The notes below the pieces were generated by a model. It searched no databases. It was not told the origin of the DNA and saw nothing but the letters and a program-made list of their open reading frames with translations. A stretch of DNA of 32,000 nt from an uncultured Methanobacteriaceae archaeon (GTDB taxonomy: Archaea; Methanobacteriota; Methanobacteria; Methanobacteriales; Methanobacteriaceae), in the NCBI GenBank assembly GCA_964431035.1, contig CAYSIF010000012.1, forward strand, positions 2,930 to 34,929, given 5' to 3'. The number at the start of each line of letters is the position of its first letter. The first letter of the stretch is position 1. This document shows, in pieces, positions 29,789 to 32,000 of the stretch. The position numbers and the translations under genes were made by a program.

Positions 29789-30301
29789 CTAGTGTTTGCC
29801 TCTAGCCATCGCAGTTGAACCAGTACGAGCTATTTTTTTAATTCCATGATGTTTAAGTAATGAAATTAAAGCATCAATTTTATCAAGTTTACCTGTAACT
29901 TCAATAATTAAACTATCGTCTGAAATATCAACTACTTTTGCTCGGAATATGTTAACATATTGCATTATTTCAAGTTTAGATTTTTCATCTTCAGATTTAA
30001 CTTTAATTAAACATAATTCTCTTGTAACAGATGAATTTTTATCTAAATCCTTTACTTTAACAACATCTACTAGTTTGTTTAATTGTTTTACAACTTGTTC
30101 AAGGACTTTTTCATCACCTGTAACAATTATAACCATTCTTGATAATGCTTTTGTTTCTGATTTTCCTACAGTGATACTTTCAATGTTAAATCCTCTTCTT
30201 GTAAATAAGCTAGATACTTTTTGAAGAACACCTGGTTTATCTTCAACTAGTATACTGATTATATGGTATTGTCCAAGATGGTATGTTGTCACTTTAATCA
30301 T
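29789..30301 (-). CDS. ilvN: Acetolactate synthase small (regulatory) subunit
   Basis: ACT domain [35 protein letters not shown] 30301 (MIKVTT...) overlaps the ilvB stop by 8 nt (ATGATTAA). The longer ORF to 30325 is unlikely. Confidence 0.9.
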   Translation of the reverse strand: MIKVTTYHLGQYHIISILVEDKPGVLQKVSSLFTRRGFNIESITVGKSETKALSRMVIIVTGDEKVLEQVVKQLNKLVDVVKVKDLDKNSSVTRELCLIKVKSEDEKSKLEIMQYVNIFRAKVVDISDDSLIIEVTGKLDKIDALISLLKHHGIKKIARTGSTAMARGKH

Positions 30302-32000
30302 CTCCTTTTGAAGCATCAGATTCATATTCGAAATTACCTAGAACTTCTGTAACTGCTGATCCTGGAGGAACCATTGGTAGGAATTCATTTTTCTCAACAA
30401 CAATATCTAAGACTACTGGTTCATTGTCTTTTATTGCTTTGTTAATTGCTTCTTCTGTATCTCCAGGGTTTGTTATTCTTTGACCTTCTATACCGAAACT
30501 TTCAGCTAGTTTAACAAAGTCTGGTGATTGTCCTAAATCAGTTTCAGAGTATCTTTGGTCATATAATAAGTGTTGCCATTGATAAACCATTCCAAGTTTT
30601 CTATTATTAAGTATAGCTACAATTACTGGTATGTCATATTCTTTAACTGTTGCTAATTCTTGACAAACCATTAAGAATCCACCATCTCCTACAATTGAAA
30701 GAACTGGATCATCTGGTTTAGCTACTTTAGCTCCAATTGCTGCAGGGAAACCGAAACCCATTGTTCCTAATCCACCTGAGGATATAAATTTTCTAGGTTT
30801 GTTTGTGTTGTAGTAGTGTGCTGCCCACATTTGGTTTAATCCTACATCTGTTGTAACTATTGTGTCTTCTGTTGTTGCATTGTTAATTTCTTTTAGTACT
30901 TGTTGTGGCATTAATGGATGCTCATCATATGTAACTCTTGGGATTAATTGTTTTTTCATTTGAATTAGGTTTGTAAACCATTCATTAGCATCTTTATTTG
31001 GTTTATAACTAGATAATTCTTTAATCATTAAACCAAGTATGTTTTTTGCATCTCCTACTATTGGAACATCTACATCTACATTTTTACCTATTTCTGCAGG
31101 GTCTATATCAATATGTATAACTTTACTATTTGGTGCAAATTCATCTAATTTTCCTGTTGTTCTATCTGAGAATCTGCATCCGATTCCAATTAAAAGGTCA
31201 CTTTTATTAACAGATGAGTTGGATACTTCTCTTCCGTGCATTCCAAGCATTCCTAAACAATTATCATCTTCTTCTGATATTGCTCCTTTACCCATTAATG
31301 TTGTCATTACTGGTGCATTAATAATGTTTGATAATTCTTTTAGTTCTCTGGAAGCTCCAGATATTATTAATCCCCCACCAACAAGGATTATTGGATTTTT
31401 TGCTTGTTTTATTAATTCAACAGCTTTTCTAACTTGTTTAATATTTCCTTTTATAGTAGGTTTGTATCCTGGTGTTGAAATTAAATCATCACGGTAGGAG
31501 GTTATTTCTCCTTCTTGTGCATTTTTAGGTACATCTATTAAAACAGGTCCTGGTCTACCAGTACTTGCTATTTTAAAACTTGATTTAACGATAGAAGGTA
31601 TTTGATCTGCATTTTTAGGTTGATAACTGTGTTTTGTAATAGGCATTGTAATACCTATAATATCTGCTTCTTGGAATGCATCATTACCTATTAAGCTTGT
31701 TGGAACTTGACCTGTAATAGCTACAAGTGGTACTGAATCAATATATGCATCTGCAATACCTGTAACTAGATTTGTTGCACCTGGACCTGAGGTAGCACAA
31801 CATACCCCTACTTTTCCTGAAGCTCTTGCATAACCTTCTGCAGCATGCACTGCTCCTTGTTCGTGTCTAACAAGTATATGTCTTAAATCAGAATCATATA
31901 ACATGTCATATAATGGTATAGTTTGTCCTCCAGGGTATCCAAATATTGTATCAACGCCCTGCTCTATTAGGGCTTTTATAATGGCCTCTCCACCTCTCAA
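30294..32000 (-). CDS. ilvB: Acetolactate synthase large (catalytic) subunit; the 5' end reaches the window edge
   Basis: 568 aa are visible, with ThDP motif GDGGFLM...NN, FGYPGG near the N-terminus and an FAD-binding central domain. The codon at the window edge is TTG, so the true start may lie just outside the window. Confidence 0.93.
   Translation of the reverse strand: MRGGEAIIKALIEQGVDTIFGYPGGQTIPLYDMLYDSDLRHILVRHEQGAVHAAEGYARASGKVGVCCATSGPGATNLVTGIADAYIDSVPLVAITGQVPTSLIGNDAFQEADIIGITMPITKHSYQPKNADQIPSIVKSSFKIASTGRPGPVLIDVPKNAQEGEITSYRDDLISTPGYKPTIKGNIKQVRKAVELIKQAKNPIILVGGGLIISGASRELKELSNIINAPVMTTLMGKGAISEEDDNCLGMLGMHGREVSNSSVNKSDLLIGIGCRFSDRTTGKLDEFAPNSKVIHIDIDPAEIGKNVDVDVPIVGDAKNILGLMIKELSSYKPNKDANEWFTNLIQMKKQLIPRVTYDEHPLMPQQVLKEINNATTEDTIVTTDVGLNQMWAAHYYNTNKPRKFISSGGLGTMGFGFPAAIGAKVAKPDDPVLSIVGDGGFLMVCQELATVKEYDIPVIVAILNNRKLGMVYQWQHLLYDQRYSETDLGQSPDFVKLAESFGIEGQRITNPGDTEEAINKAIKDNEPVVLDIVVEKNEFLPMVPPGSAVTEVLGNFEYESDASKGDD

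Noticed and set aside
30302-30325. A longer ilvN start (MNLMLQKE...) overlapping 32 nt of ilvB
   Set aside because: The ATG at 30301 gives the classic ATGATTAA stop/start overlap with ilvB and an N-terminus that leads directly into the ACT domain.

Overview
AT-rich, gene-dense chromosomal segment, most likely from a pseudomurein-walled methanogen (Methanobacteriales; Methanobrevibacter/Methanosphaera-like). The lineage call is an inference from tandem Mur-ligase paralogs in an archaeal context, methanogenesis marker protein 12, a Kae1-Bud32 fusion, Hef, archaeal-type LeuRS, S15 and Sm-like genes, and GGTGA/AGGAGA ribosome-binding sites. I call 28 protein genes (one of them an unlisted 48-aa ORF) and one tRNA-Val(UAC). 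Most are housekeeping: ilvBNC and ilvE, leuS, nadE, trmI, rps15, a recJ-like gene, rdgB, kae1-bud32, surE, uppP, a cobT-like gene and the acnX large subunit. I see no CRISPR array, IS element, integrase or prophage, and no convincing multi-gene novel system. The accessory-looking pieces are a vapBC pair with tandem operator-like repeats, two orphan P-loop ATPases with conspicuous repeat architecture in their promoters (an Arch_ATPase type and an AAA_14-DUF4143 ATPase/nuclease type), and a membrane-anchored Mrr-type nuclease-fold protein. The strongest non-gene signal is compositional. Genes sit at two opposite synonymous-codon extremes, a T-starved sense strand with A/C-ending codons versus T-ending codons. 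The two extremes are juxtaposed gene by gene, and in leuS they switch inside one gene. This also explains the many stop-free shadow ORFs in the six-frame track. All family assignments rest on motif reading by eye; no searches were run.
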